DNA of 13,003 nucleotides, taken from positions 1-13,003 of the forward strand of contig CAXSGP010000117.1 in the NCBI GenBank assembly GCA_964236955.1. The letters are read 5' to 3'. The translations under genes were made by a program, and so were the position numbers. Below, one piece after another: positions 1 to 8,333 of the stretch. Source of the stretch: an uncultured Oligoflexus sp. GTDB taxonomy: Bacteria > Bdellovibrionota_B > Oligoflexia > Oligoflexales > Oligoflexaceae. Numbering within the stretch: position 1 is the stretch's first letter; each line of letters opens with the position of its first letter. The notes under the pieces were generated by a model, which was not told where the DNA came from, did no database searches, and worked only from the letters and a program-made list of their open reading frames with translations.

Positions 1-21
1 TAGAGTCATCTCGGATCCAGC

Positions 22-747
22 CTATATTTTCAGCACATTTTGAGTACAGCCCCTAAGAAGATCATTATTCGCGTTTGGAATATTCATCAGAAAGGCTTCC
101 GAAAGGTCAGAACTGCCGTTGAGCGTCGTATCCATTTCCGAACCGTGAAGGACCTTCGATTGATTCCAAAGAATCTCCATGGCTCCGGTTGCGGCCATAT
201 AGTGGCAGGAGCCAGCGTCTTCCTGATTGGGTGAGGGAACAATAAAAGGAAGTAAGGTCGTTCGTGACTGGACATCGTTTTCTGCTTTGCGAAGGCTTTC
301 GCGCAGAGAAAATTCCACAAGATACACAGGTTCGGCTGCGTTTTCCGCCGCTCCATTTGGATGTTTCACACTTAGGTTGAGATCGCAGACCTCCTCGTAA
401 GAACCTGAGCACAGGAATAGACCTTCCTTTTCCACGCTACCGACCTTGATTTTTTTGTCGTCTACCTGCCACAGAAAGCTGGATCCATCCTGAATAAGAC
501 GGCCGGTGTCACGGTAGAGAATCTCAAAAGGCCGCAAACCCTCTGGGCTTTGTCGATAAATACGCACTTCCTGGGCACCACAGGAACGGTCGCCAGCACA
601 CGTTCTAACAAAAATTCCATTTTTCAAACTACTGTCTCTATGGAAAAGTCGAAGCTGGGAAGCGTTTTTTTCTTCGGCCCACGATAGACTTGCAGATGAT
701 AGGGTTAAGGAAAGGAGGCTTGCGACGCACGTCGAAGTTTTTAGCAC
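22..747 (-). CDS. Secreted papain-like (C1 family) cysteine peptidase, apparently truncated or frameshifted at the 3' end
   Basis: GTG start with AAGGAG RBS (755-760). Signal peptide MLKTSTCVASLLSLTLSSASLSWA. NQEDAGSCHYMAATGAME matches the papain Q-x5-C motif (Cys codon 205-207), and DLSEAFLM matches the C1A LSEQxL motif. The ORF stops about 60 aa after the Cys. Confidence 0.6.
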   Translation of the reverse strand: MLKTSTCVASLLSLTLSSASLSWAEEKNASQLRLFHRDSSLKNGIFVRTCAGDRSCGAQEVRIYRQSPEGLRPFEILYRDTGRLIQDGSSFLWQVDDKKIKVGSVEKEGLFLCSGSYEEVCDLNLSVKHPNGAAENAAEPVYLVEFSLRESLRKAENDVQSRTTLLPFIVPSPNQEDAGSCHYMAATGAMEILWNQSKVLHGSEMDTTLNGSSDLSEAFLMNIPNANNDLLRGCTQNVLKI

Positions 748-1455
748 AAATGTACTCCTTAAAAAGCAAAGCTGAGGATTTCTTTACCAAAGCTTTATTG
801 CATTTTGGAATGACGCACAAGTGAAATTACTGAGAGGGACGGAGTGGTATGGTGAGTCACGAATTGAGACTTGACGACGAGCTTGATTGAAAAGGTGCTA
901 ACTTTTTCCGGTAAGCAACTGCTTGCTAGATAGTACGAACCCCCGCCACTCAAAAGCATACCTCATTATGGGGCGGATGATCTGAGCTCCCGCGGTCGAT
1001 TGAAAATACCCAGTGAAAAAACCAAGCCCGATATTGGCTTCGCCCGCTTACTCAAAAGCCGCAACGGTGCTGGCGAAGAAACTAAGTTTGAGGGAGGCCA
1101 CGTTGGGCCGGAGGCGGTGCTTTGCGAGCTTATTGCTAAAACCGGCAAATAAAGGCTAAGACAGCTGCAGCGGATTGTTATAACGAATCTTGACGATTTT
1201 CATTGGCATGAATCGTTGGAGTGGTGGTAAGGAACAACTCCAGCTTAGGATTCTTTAAAATATCGATAAGCTTTTCCAATGGCCCACCGATTTGCTTCCT
1301 TCATGGCGGATACCAAATTCGTTGGGCTCAGCGCGAATCAGAACGCTCATGACAAGCCGAAGAGCAAGGGGTCGGCACAACTCACTTGCGTGCTTCCCGC
1401 CGGACAAGTCAAAATACTTATCGATAAGAGCAGCGATTTCAAAGAAAGAGAATAA

Positions 1456-2793
1456 CTATTTCCTAGACGACAGTACGATAGGTTGCAACGCTTTTTCGCC
1501 CTTTATTTCCAATTCTCCGATTTTGGAGATACATGTCGCTCTGAGAGCAATATCGGCTCGCGCTGGCTTGCAGGTGTCTTCCGCCAATTGGTTGACTGAA
1601 AGCAGCAGATTTTCGACCTCCCTTCTTCCGACTTCAATGAGAGCTTTATCATTGGCACTAAGGTTAAACTCGCTGAGGGTTTCACGACGCTGAATGTCGA
1701 GGTTAAGGTTTGATTTCAATCGAGCAAGGCGATCCATGGCCGGTTCGAAAGCATTATCGACAGTGGTACCGGGGCCAATATCGATCGAGAGGTACTCGTC
1801 CTTTTCCCGGTTATAGATCATAAGGTTATCATAGGGTATCGTCACGACGCCAGTCACAGCAGGGCCAGAGTTGGACTCACTCGAAATATTCATGGCATTT
1901 AACTGACCCGGAAAATCTTTAGTGGCATAGTCCATGAGAAGATCCAAACTCGCTGCGCATTTTTCAATATCTTCGGCTGAGCAGGAATCTTTTTCAATCG
2001 AATTTTTTAAAAGTTCGAGCTTTTTGCTATCCCCACCGATCTGGTAGCTATTAATTTTAACCCTTACATTCTTAAGGAGTTCGCGTTCTTCTTTTGACCA
2101 GGTCTTGGAAAATTTTATCAGGCCCCATAGAGCGGAACCTTTTAGCTGCACCTGGAGCTTTTCTTTATCTTCTTTACTTGTAAAGTAATATTTCACTCCG
2201 ATAAAAAGCTGGGCTCCAAGTTGAACTTGCTCGACAAACTGGTCGCCACAGATCTCGCGGAAATGTATGGGGTCTTTTGTTTGATAAGCGGATAGTCCGA
2301 TCGGGGTAAGAGTGGGTTGCTTCAGGACAACGGATTTACCAACGATATCGGACTTTACAATAAAGGCGCTGGAATCTTCAGTTTTGGACAAGGTGGAGGT
2401 GATATCACCTGAAACCTTGGCGGTCACCAACCCAAAAAGATTGAGTTTAGCGAATATGCCGAGTCCCATCTCATCGAGAAGTTCGTTATAACTAAAATCC
2501 CGGAGATAGGAAAGGTCGGCATAATTGCTGCCTCGGTATACAAAATCGGACGACTCAATACAGACCGACCGAAGGACATTTCCCTTTGAATCAAAACCCT
2601 GTCCCAGGGAGTTCTGAACCAGATCAAGCGTAGCAGCCGAGGAAGAAGCCGCATCCGAAGCATCATTTGATGCATCGTGAAGCTGACTGTTCGCATCTGC
2701 TACCCTCGCGCCGCAGGACGTGATGCTAAGGAGAAGGATAGAGCATATAAAAGGGAAAGTGACTGATTTTAACTTGCTATTTGGAGTTTTCAT
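1456..2793 (-). CDS. Lipoprotein with MACPF/CDC-like domain (putative pore-forming protein, paralog B), 445 aa
   Basis: Lipobox ITS-C. Motifs LGQGFDS...C, FREICGDQFVEQVQLGAQLFI (MACPF-signature-like) and QIGG. Two amphipathic segments. Aligns by eye with 2848-4368. Confidence 0.7.
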   Translation of the reverse strand: MKTPNSKLKSVTFPFICSILLLSITSCGARVADANSQLHDASNDASDAASSSAATLDLVQNSLGQGFDSKGNVLRSVCIESSDFVYRGSNYADLSYLRDFSYNELLDEMGLGIFAKLNLFGLVTAKVSGDITSTLSKTEDSSAFIVKSDIVGKSVVLKQPTLTPIGLSAYQTKDPIHFREICGDQFVEQVQLGAQLFIGVKYYFTSKEDKEKLQVQLKGSALWGLIKFSKTWSKEERELLKNVRVKINSYQIGGDSKKLELLKNSIEKDSCSAEDIEKCAASLDLLMDYATKDFPGQLNAMNISSESNSGPAVTGVVTIPYDNLMIYNREKDEYLSIDIGPGTTVDNAFEPAMDRLARLKSNLNLDIQRRETLSEFNLSANDKALIEVGRREVENLLLSVNQLAEDTCKPARADIALRATCISKIGELEIKGEKALQPIVLSSRK

Positions 2794-2847
2794 TCTCTAA
2801 CGTCCTGTTGAATAGATTTAAAATCAGCCAGTTCAAGGTGTCGGAAC

Positions 2848-4368
2848 TTAATTTATGCGATCGAGTTTATGGCCGGGAAGAGTTTTGACAAAGTAGTTCC
2901 CAACCAAATGCTGCGTGTTCGCCATGACGTCGAAAGTCGTTGTTATAACGTTTTTGTCACTATAAAAGCGGAGAATACAGCCTTCCACCTTCCAGTTGCT
3001 TTCGTTGCTATGGCCGGAGTTCTTAATAGTGCCGTCCTTTGCGAGTGTGATATTCCCGATCATTTCACCATTGGTGCGGCTGAAGGTCCAATTAGAGTCC
3101 GCGACATCCGACGGAATTAAACACACTTTAGTCGATAAATTTCGGACATCAAAAGCCAGGGCTGATTTCTTATAGGCATCCCGTTGTTCCAAGCATGACT
3201 TTGGATTTTTAAGGCAACTTTCTCCTGCAATAACCAGAGCTTTACGGTTCTGTGCTGTTGCGTCGAGAACGGACGTCACATTTCGGGTCTGTGTTTCATC
3301 CAGTGGAAAGTCACGAAGCAGATCTGCAGCGCGCCGATAGTTAGTCATTTGAACTTGATAAAGGTCGGCAACTTCGTCACGGGCAAGATTAATTTCCTGA
3401 GTCAAAATCGAACTGTTATTGTCTGGAACTAGACTCACAACATCTGTTCCGTTGATGAAAACGACATCAGAATACTTGTCCGTTTCGTAAAGAACCTCAG
3501 CCCAACCTTTGGAACTTGTTGGAACCGGATCGTCCGTAAGCGATTTAGGAAAGTCTTCGCGGGCGTACTTTACAAGCGCCTTAAGCATAGGCAAACACTT
3601 CGTTTCAAATTCAGCGAGGTTACAGCTTATAACGCTGTCATCGAGAATTTTGCTTAGCTCTTCGGGATTTCCACCTATTTGACGAGCCGTAATGGAAACA
3701 CTGGAGTTTTTCTTAATATTGTCACTCAAAATCGAGATCTGACCGCCGATTTCGCCGATAGCCAGAAGGCTCAGATGGGCGTTCCCTTTAAATTCCTGAC
3801 GATCCTGAGCGCTGGTAAAATGAAATTTGGTATTTACAAATAGTTTTGCACTGTAGTTGATCTGACTGACGAATTCATCGCCGCATGCCGAACGAATCTT
3901 GGCCTTATTTTCAGGCTGTATCATCGCCTTGCCGAGGTCGTTTAGCCTGACGTTTTGCAAAACTGCGCTTTTTACTGCCGCAGAACTCGTAAGAGTAATG
4001 GTTGAGCTGAATGCGTCGGATGATTCTTGGGAGGCGAAGTCTGCAGCGCCTTTAATATCGAAAATATTAATCTTAACGCCAAGATTAAGACCCCCTGAAA
4101 CAGTATCGACTACCTGATCGTAAGTGACGTCTTGTGCATAAGTTACTTCCGCAGATGGGCTTCCCGCATATACAAGATCACCCGTAACACAGTTCGATTT
4201 AAGAGCCCTGGTATCGGATTCGAAACCTTGACCCAAACCGTTGGGCAGACGAGGCGCCTGCCCACTTATATCGTTTAAACCGGATTCGTTGGGATTAGAC
4301 TTGGAGCAGGCACCGACGCTTGCCGCAAGAATAATCGAGAGTAAGGACATCTTTACAGGTGATTTCAT
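2848..4368 (-). CDS. Lipoprotein with MACPF/CDC-like domain plus extra C-terminal beta domain (paralog A), about 506 aa
   Basis: Start moved to ATG 4368 (AAGGA RBS upstream, MKSPVKMSLLSIILAASVGA-C lipobox). Motifs LGQGFES...C, IRSACGDEFVSQINYSAKLFV, QIGG and YAREDFP are shared with paralog B. Confidence 0.7.
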   Translation of the reverse strand: MKSPVKMSLLSIILAASVGACSKSNPNESGLNDISGQAPRLPNGLGQGFESDTRALKSNCVTGDLVYAGSPSAEVTYAQDVTYDQVVDTVSGGLNLGVKINIFDIKGAADFASQESSDAFSSTITLTSSAAVKSAVLQNVRLNDLGKAMIQPENKAKIRSACGDEFVSQINYSAKLFVNTKFHFTSAQDRQEFKGNAHLSLLAIGEIGGQISILSDNIKKNSSVSITARQIGGNPEELSKILDDSVISCNLAEFETKCLPMLKALVKYAREDFPKSLTDDPVPTSSKGWAEVLYETDKYSDVVFINGTDVVSLVPDNNSSILTQEINLARDEVADLYQVQMTNYRRAADLLRDFPLDETQTRNVTSVLDATAQNRKALVIAGESCLKNPKSCLEQRDAYKKSALAFDVRNLSTKVCLIPSDVADSNWTFSRTNGEMIGNITLAKDGTIKNSGHSNESNWKVEGCILRFYSDKNVITTTFDVMANTQHLVGNYFVKTLPGHKLDRIN

Positions 4369-4440
4369 TTTACAATCCTTAGACAATGCAATTTGGGAAC
4401 TCAGATCGGATTTTTAAGAGCACTCGCACAAAACCACAAG

Positions 4441-4457
4441 AGCAATTGTGATGCCAA
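4441..4457 (-). promoter_or_regulatory. Sigma54 (RpoN) -24/-12 promoter for the MACPF-like pair
   Basis: Minus strand reads TTGGCATCACAATTGCT: GG-N10-GC, matching TGGCA-N6-TTGC. Correct orientation, about 70 nt upstream of ATG 4368. Confidence 0.75.
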
Positions 4458-4542
4458 CATAATAGACTTGTTTTAATAGACGTAAGCTGGCGTACCTATT
4501 CAGATCGAAAAAAGGTGGCCGTTCCAAACGAATGAAGGCTAG

Positions 4543-4576
4543 TGATTTTTTTTACGCTATTGCGTAATTTTTTGTC
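4543..4576. promoter_or_regulatory. Possible enhancer-binding-protein site upstream of the sigma54 promoter
   Basis: Perfect inverted repeat TTACGC-tatt-GCGTAA (4552-4567) flanked by T-tracts, about 100 nt upstream of the -24 element. Confidence 0.35.
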
Positions 4577-4585
4577 AGTCAGGGC

Positions 4586-4765
4586 TTACTGGTGGTTGGA
4601 TTTGGAGTATCAATCGCCGCTCAGTCAGCGGCGATGCCCGCTAAGGCTGATAGCGTGATTATAGGGAACGCGATGCTAAGGTTGATTGAAGGTGCGGAAT
4701 CGATTGCAGATGCTGCTAATCAATTGAAGGACTTTGCCAAACGTATTCGTTTGCGACTCGACAGC
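4586..4765 (+). pseudogene. trpA: Tryptophan synthase alpha subunit C-terminal remnant
   Basis: LLVVGFGVSIAAQSAAMPAKADSVIIGNAMLRLIE...LKDFAKRIR matches the TrpA C-terminus (VGFGIS...ADGVIVGSA). The N-terminal ~200 aa is absent. Confidence 0.8.
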
Positions 4766-4824
4766 TTCCAAAGAAATCCCACTGAAATTAGGTTCAGTGG
4801 GATCACCTATTACGGTTTGAAGAA

Positions 4825-6717
4825 TTATTTCTGTAGCAGAAGGATGGCATTGGTGGCTACGACTCGTCGTTCCCCTATTCTATAGCCGAATTGATCTTCC
4901 GCATGCACGTTAGCGTTTAAAATATCAAAATAGAGCCAGCCGTCCGAACGGAAGTGCGGGAATTGAGCATAAAATCCTTTTGGCAAGTTTGTCAATTGAA
5001 CGGGTTTACCATCGCCAAGTAGGTCGATGACGTAAAGGTTTGCTGAAGACTCCTGGCTCAAGACCGGATTACCATGCTTTTCATAAGCATAATACACGAG
5101 AAAACGTTCATCGAAAGAAAACTGAGGTTTCTCCCCCGATCCCACACAGAGTCTAGCAGGGACCGATCCGTTTGGATCATTGGGACCGGAGGGGAGCGCT
5201 CCTAATTTTTCCAGGGAATTGGTCATATAAATGGCATATCCACCGTGATAGGCGTTGGCTGCCGATACCGTGCCAATAGCCAGTTCCTGACTAGGTGAAA
5301 GCACCCAGCTGCCGATATAGGGTGTGATAATATGTTTTTGCGCTCCTGTTTTGAAAAACCCAGTTTCAGTTTGAACAATGCGGGTGATATCCGCGTAGGA
5401 ATCTTCAAAAAAGACTCGAGGTGTGTCCTGAACCATGTTCGTACCGTCATCTGATATATAATCACCGGCGATGGTCATGATATCGCCGTTGCCATTGTCG
5501 CCAAGGCTCTTGCCAATGCCTTGATAGAGACCGATATCAAAATTGGTTGAAGTACAGTTTGAATCCCTGAAATCAATCTTTTTTAAATTTGTTCCTGCCA
5601 ACATATTCTGATTGCAAAATCGTGAGCCATTTTTTTCGCCTTGGATAATAAAGGCCCGATTGTCAGGAGTAAAGGCGGGATCATATTCAGCATCAATCTC
5701 AATTCTTCGGGCGGGCTTGTTTTCCAATAATGGTTTGAGATCAACAATTACGCTCATGGGAAATGATCCATAAGAAACATATTGGCCATCCGCAGAACTG
5801 CGAGTCCAAAAATTAGATTTTTCATGGGGAGGAAGAGTGTAAAGCTGACGAACTTCCCCGGCGACACTAAGGATTTGATCCACTTTAGGGAATACATCAT
5901 GGCCATTTATTTTACCCTGAAAACAAGTCCCGGATTCCGAGCAGGCAAACATTTTTACTTTATTGGCCATATTCTGAAAATTCCAGCCTTCGCCCTCCTG
6001 GCTCATTCGCTTAACATGCTCTCTAACGGCACTGCCGATAAAGGTTTCCTCAGCTTTTGAACAGTCTCCAGTTGCGTTGTGAATCAAAAAATTTTCTTTA
6101 TCGGGAGCGCCTTTAATAAACCAATTCAAAGCTGTAAAAAAGTCAGATTCTGTCAAGGTAGAAACGCCTTTAGGCATAGCAAGGTTTTTGACCCAAGGTT
6201 CGTTATAAAGTGATGCAAAGCGATTGTCATTGCCCGTGAAAAGATTTTTGAAGGCCTCAAAATTAGTGCCTGCAGCGAGAAATCCAAGATTTGAGCTTCC
6301 GAGTCTTGTTAGTGCCTTGGCAATGGCATTGGCATCATGCTTTTCGATGGCAATAGCCTCCTCCTGGCTAAGTGCGGGACTGAGTTTTGCCAGACAAGCG
6401 AGAGCATCGATTTTATCAGAATCGTTCATGTTCTCTTTTTTAACGCATTGGTAGGCATTCACAGTGGATAATGAAAGATTTGCCAAACCGATTCCCGATT
6501 TAAAATTACCATGGCACTTGGTACAGTTGCCTCCGGTAGCGGCTGGATTTTGTGCCAATCCAAGGATTTGCGCCGCTCGCAGTGGATTGACAGGGGCTCC
6601 TTCAACAGAGTGAAAGGACGAGTCCGCCATGGTCATGGCAGTATTCTGATCCATACAGCCAATGGCCATAAGACCGAATACCAGGATCATCAGGATTTTT
6701 TTAAAACTCAACTTCAT
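4825..6717 (-). CDS. Lipoprotein with one c-type heme and a TolB/PD40-like beta-propeller, about 630 aa
   Basis: Start moved to ATG 6717 (AAGGAG RBS). Lipobox AIG-C. CTKCH heme motif and candidate distal Met in AMPKG. Propeller-like repeats RSSADGQYVSY, DPAFTPDNRAFII, LSPSQE, KPQFSFDERFLVY and FPHFRSDGWLYF. Confidence 0.8.
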   Translation of the reverse strand: MKLSFKKILMILVFGLMAIGCMDQNTAMTMADSSFHSVEGAPVNPLRAAQILGLAQNPAATGGNCTKCHGNFKSGIGLANLSLSTVNAYQCVKKENMNDSDKIDALACLAKLSPALSQEEAIAIEKHDANAIAKALTRLGSSNLGFLAAGTNFEAFKNLFTGNDNRFASLYNEPWVKNLAMPKGVSTLTESDFFTALNWFIKGAPDKENFLIHNATGDCSKAEETFIGSAVREHVKRMSQEGEGWNFQNMANKVKMFACSESGTCFQGKINGHDVFPKVDQILSVAGEVRQLYTLPPHEKSNFWTRSSADGQYVSYGSFPMSVIVDLKPLLENKPARRIEIDAEYDPAFTPDNRAFIIQGEKNGSRFCNQNMLAGTNLKKIDFRDSNCTSTNFDIGLYQGIGKSLGDNGNGDIMTIAGDYISDDGTNMVQDTPRVFFEDSYADITRIVQTETGFFKTGAQKHIITPYIGSWVLSPSQELAIGTVSAANAYHGGYAIYMTNSLEKLGALPSGPNDPNGSVPARLCVGSGEKPQFSFDERFLVYYAYEKHGNPVLSQESSANLYVIDLLGDGKPVQLTNLPKGFYAQFPHFRSDGWLYFDILNANVHAEDQFGYRIGERRVVATNAILLLQK

Positions 6718-6798
6718 ACCAACTCCTTTAAGCTTGAAATCTCGATCTGGGCACAATCACCTTGAAAAGATAAAAGAACCAAGCAATCAAGATCAGGG

Positions 6799-8154
6799 TC
6801 ACTCATTGACAAAACGTAGAGATCTAAGAGTATCGAGCCAGTTCACCTGACCCTGGGTTGCCGACCAGATATAGTCGCCAGGGAAATCCTCCCGCTGTTT
6901 TAAGCGACCAAAGGCTGGAAATCTAGATTTGTCACCGATGATATCCGCCTGCAGCACATCGGTGCCGGCGAATTGATGGCAGCCAATACAATTCGTCTTA
7001 TGATTGTGCTGGCCTTTTTCAATATAGGGATTGCTGCACCAGGAGGCACCGCTTTCATCGAGCACGGCCCTATAGGCTGCTGCAAGACTAGGATGATCGC
7101 GCGCCAGGATTTTAAGCTCGGAAGGATCCTGCGTAAAGCTGGAAACCGCGCAAATTTTATATTGATTCCAGGGAGCACCAAGATCTTTCACAAAATCCGG
7201 TCTGTCCTCGCCAAAATCCTGATCAGGATCGGCAGACCACCAGGCGCTTATCCAGAGCCAATCGTCTAACTCTTTACTGACAATATGAATTCCACCAAGG
7301 ACAAAGGTTTTTCCGCTAACTTCTGTCTTAACAATTTTGTCAGGAACGGCCGTAGGAATAGAGCCTTCAGCCCAGCTGGCTGCCTTATTATCGAATAACT
7401 TTGTCAGCGAGACCGCATCCGTTGCAATACTGTAGAAACCGGCCTCAGTATTGAGCCAAGTGGTCTTTATCGTCACCGAACCCTTCGGTAGGCTCCTGCT
7501 CCAACAACGATGAAACGCTACCAGGGCCAGAGGCTTGATATCTTCGGGAAAGCAGTTTTGCAAATCAGCATATTGCATTGTAACCGCCTGAATAAGGTCC
7601 GGACTATAAAGAATACGGCTTAAGCCTGTCCCGCCAATAACATTTGCAAATGACAGGGGTTCGGTCCTATCAAAAAATCGCAACCATTTTTTCTGAAGGG
7701 GTAGAGGCAGAGTTAAAAGCTCGTCATCAAGCAAAGCCTGACTTTTCACCCACTGTTCGTCGGTAAGGGCTTTCCCTTCCTTTAATTCCTCAGGTATGAG
7801 CTGTTCTAATCCAAGATTAATCAATCGATAGGCGTCTTCGGGGCTATACCAGGTAAAGACCTTGGGAACTTCAATAGAAAAGGTCTTGCCCTCCGGTGCT
7901 GCGAGCGAAATTTCCGTGCTTTTCACAACAGTTGCGAACTTTTCCCAGGCGAGTGCGCGAGTGGCGATAAGTGAACCCGTTATTTTTTTTTGATCGATAG
8001 GAACGGGATTTTTGATAGCAAGGGAAGGGACATTGACGGGAGACCCAATGATGTGTCTTCCTAAAGCATCGGTGTCGAGTTCAGACTTCGGAGCCGGGGC
8101 GCAAGCGCTTAGGATCGATATCAACATGCAAAGCTGTAGGAGAGAATTGCTCAT
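6799..8154 (-). CDS. Monoheme cytochrome c family lipoprotein, 451 aa
   Basis: Lipobox LSA-C. C-terminal TNCIGCH heme motif. GIHIVSKELDDWLWISAWW and WCSNPYIE motifs resemble uncharacterised large monoheme cytochrome c proteins. Confidence 0.8.
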   Translation of the reverse strand: MSNSLLQLCMLISILSACAPAPKSELDTDALGRHIIGSPVNVPSLAIKNPVPIDQKKITGSLIATRALAWEKFATVVKSTEISLAAPEGKTFSIEVPKVFTWYSPEDAYRLINLGLEQLIPEELKEGKALTDEQWVKSQALLDDELLTLPLPLQKKWLRFFDRTEPLSFANVIGGTGLSRILYSPDLIQAVTMQYADLQNCFPEDIKPLALVAFHRCWSRSLPKGSVTIKTTWLNTEAGFYSIATDAVSLTKLFDNKAASWAEGSIPTAVPDKIVKTEVSGKTFVLGGIHIVSKELDDWLWISAWWSADPDQDFGEDRPDFVKDLGAPWNQYKICAVSSFTQDPSELKILARDHPSLAAAYRAVLDESGASWCSNPYIEKGQHNHKTNCIGCHQFAGTDVLQADIIGDKSRFPAFGRLKQREDFPGDYIWSATQGQVNWLDTLRSLRFVNE

Positions 8155-8304
8155 TATGCACCTTAGCTTGTCACCAATGACGCTGGGGACAATACCCTAT
8201 AGCCATATTCGAGATCAGATTCAAGCTTAGAAATGACTAGGACTCTAAACGTTTTACTTGGCAATCGAATCAGCGGGAAGCTTTTAACTTAATTGCGGAT
8301 CATT

Positions 8305-8321
8305 AGCAAAAGCGGTGCCAA
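8305..8321 (-). promoter_or_regulatory. Sigma54 (RpoN) -24/-12 promoter for the cytochrome c lipoprotein pair
   Basis: Minus strand reads TTGGCACCGCTTTTGCT, a near-perfect TGGCAC-N5-TTGC match, about 150 nt upstream of ATG 8154. Confidence 0.8.
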
Positions 8322-8333
8322 GTCTTAGACGAT

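Noticed and set aside
1292..1693. 133 aa plus-strand ORF and other antisense or nested ORFs (e.g. 2869-3120, 5782-6060, 6973-7269, 10800-11093, 11730-12002, 12694-12951)
   Set aside because: Shadows of longer motif-bearing genes or of the IS4 relic, with no motifs of their own.
1456..4368. Calling the pair bacterial gasdermins with a cognate protease
   Set aside because: They have export lipoprotein signals, are much longer, and show MACPF-like motifs. The protease is 700 nt away and broken.
4369..4386. TTG start at 4386 (and GTG start at 6756) from the ORF track
   Set aside because: Downstream ATGs at 4368 and 6717 have RBSs and give proper signal peptides.
4592..4885. 97 aa plus-strand ORF as a functional gene
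   Set aside because: It is a trpA tail plus read-through that overlaps the convergent cytochrome gene, and has no RBS.
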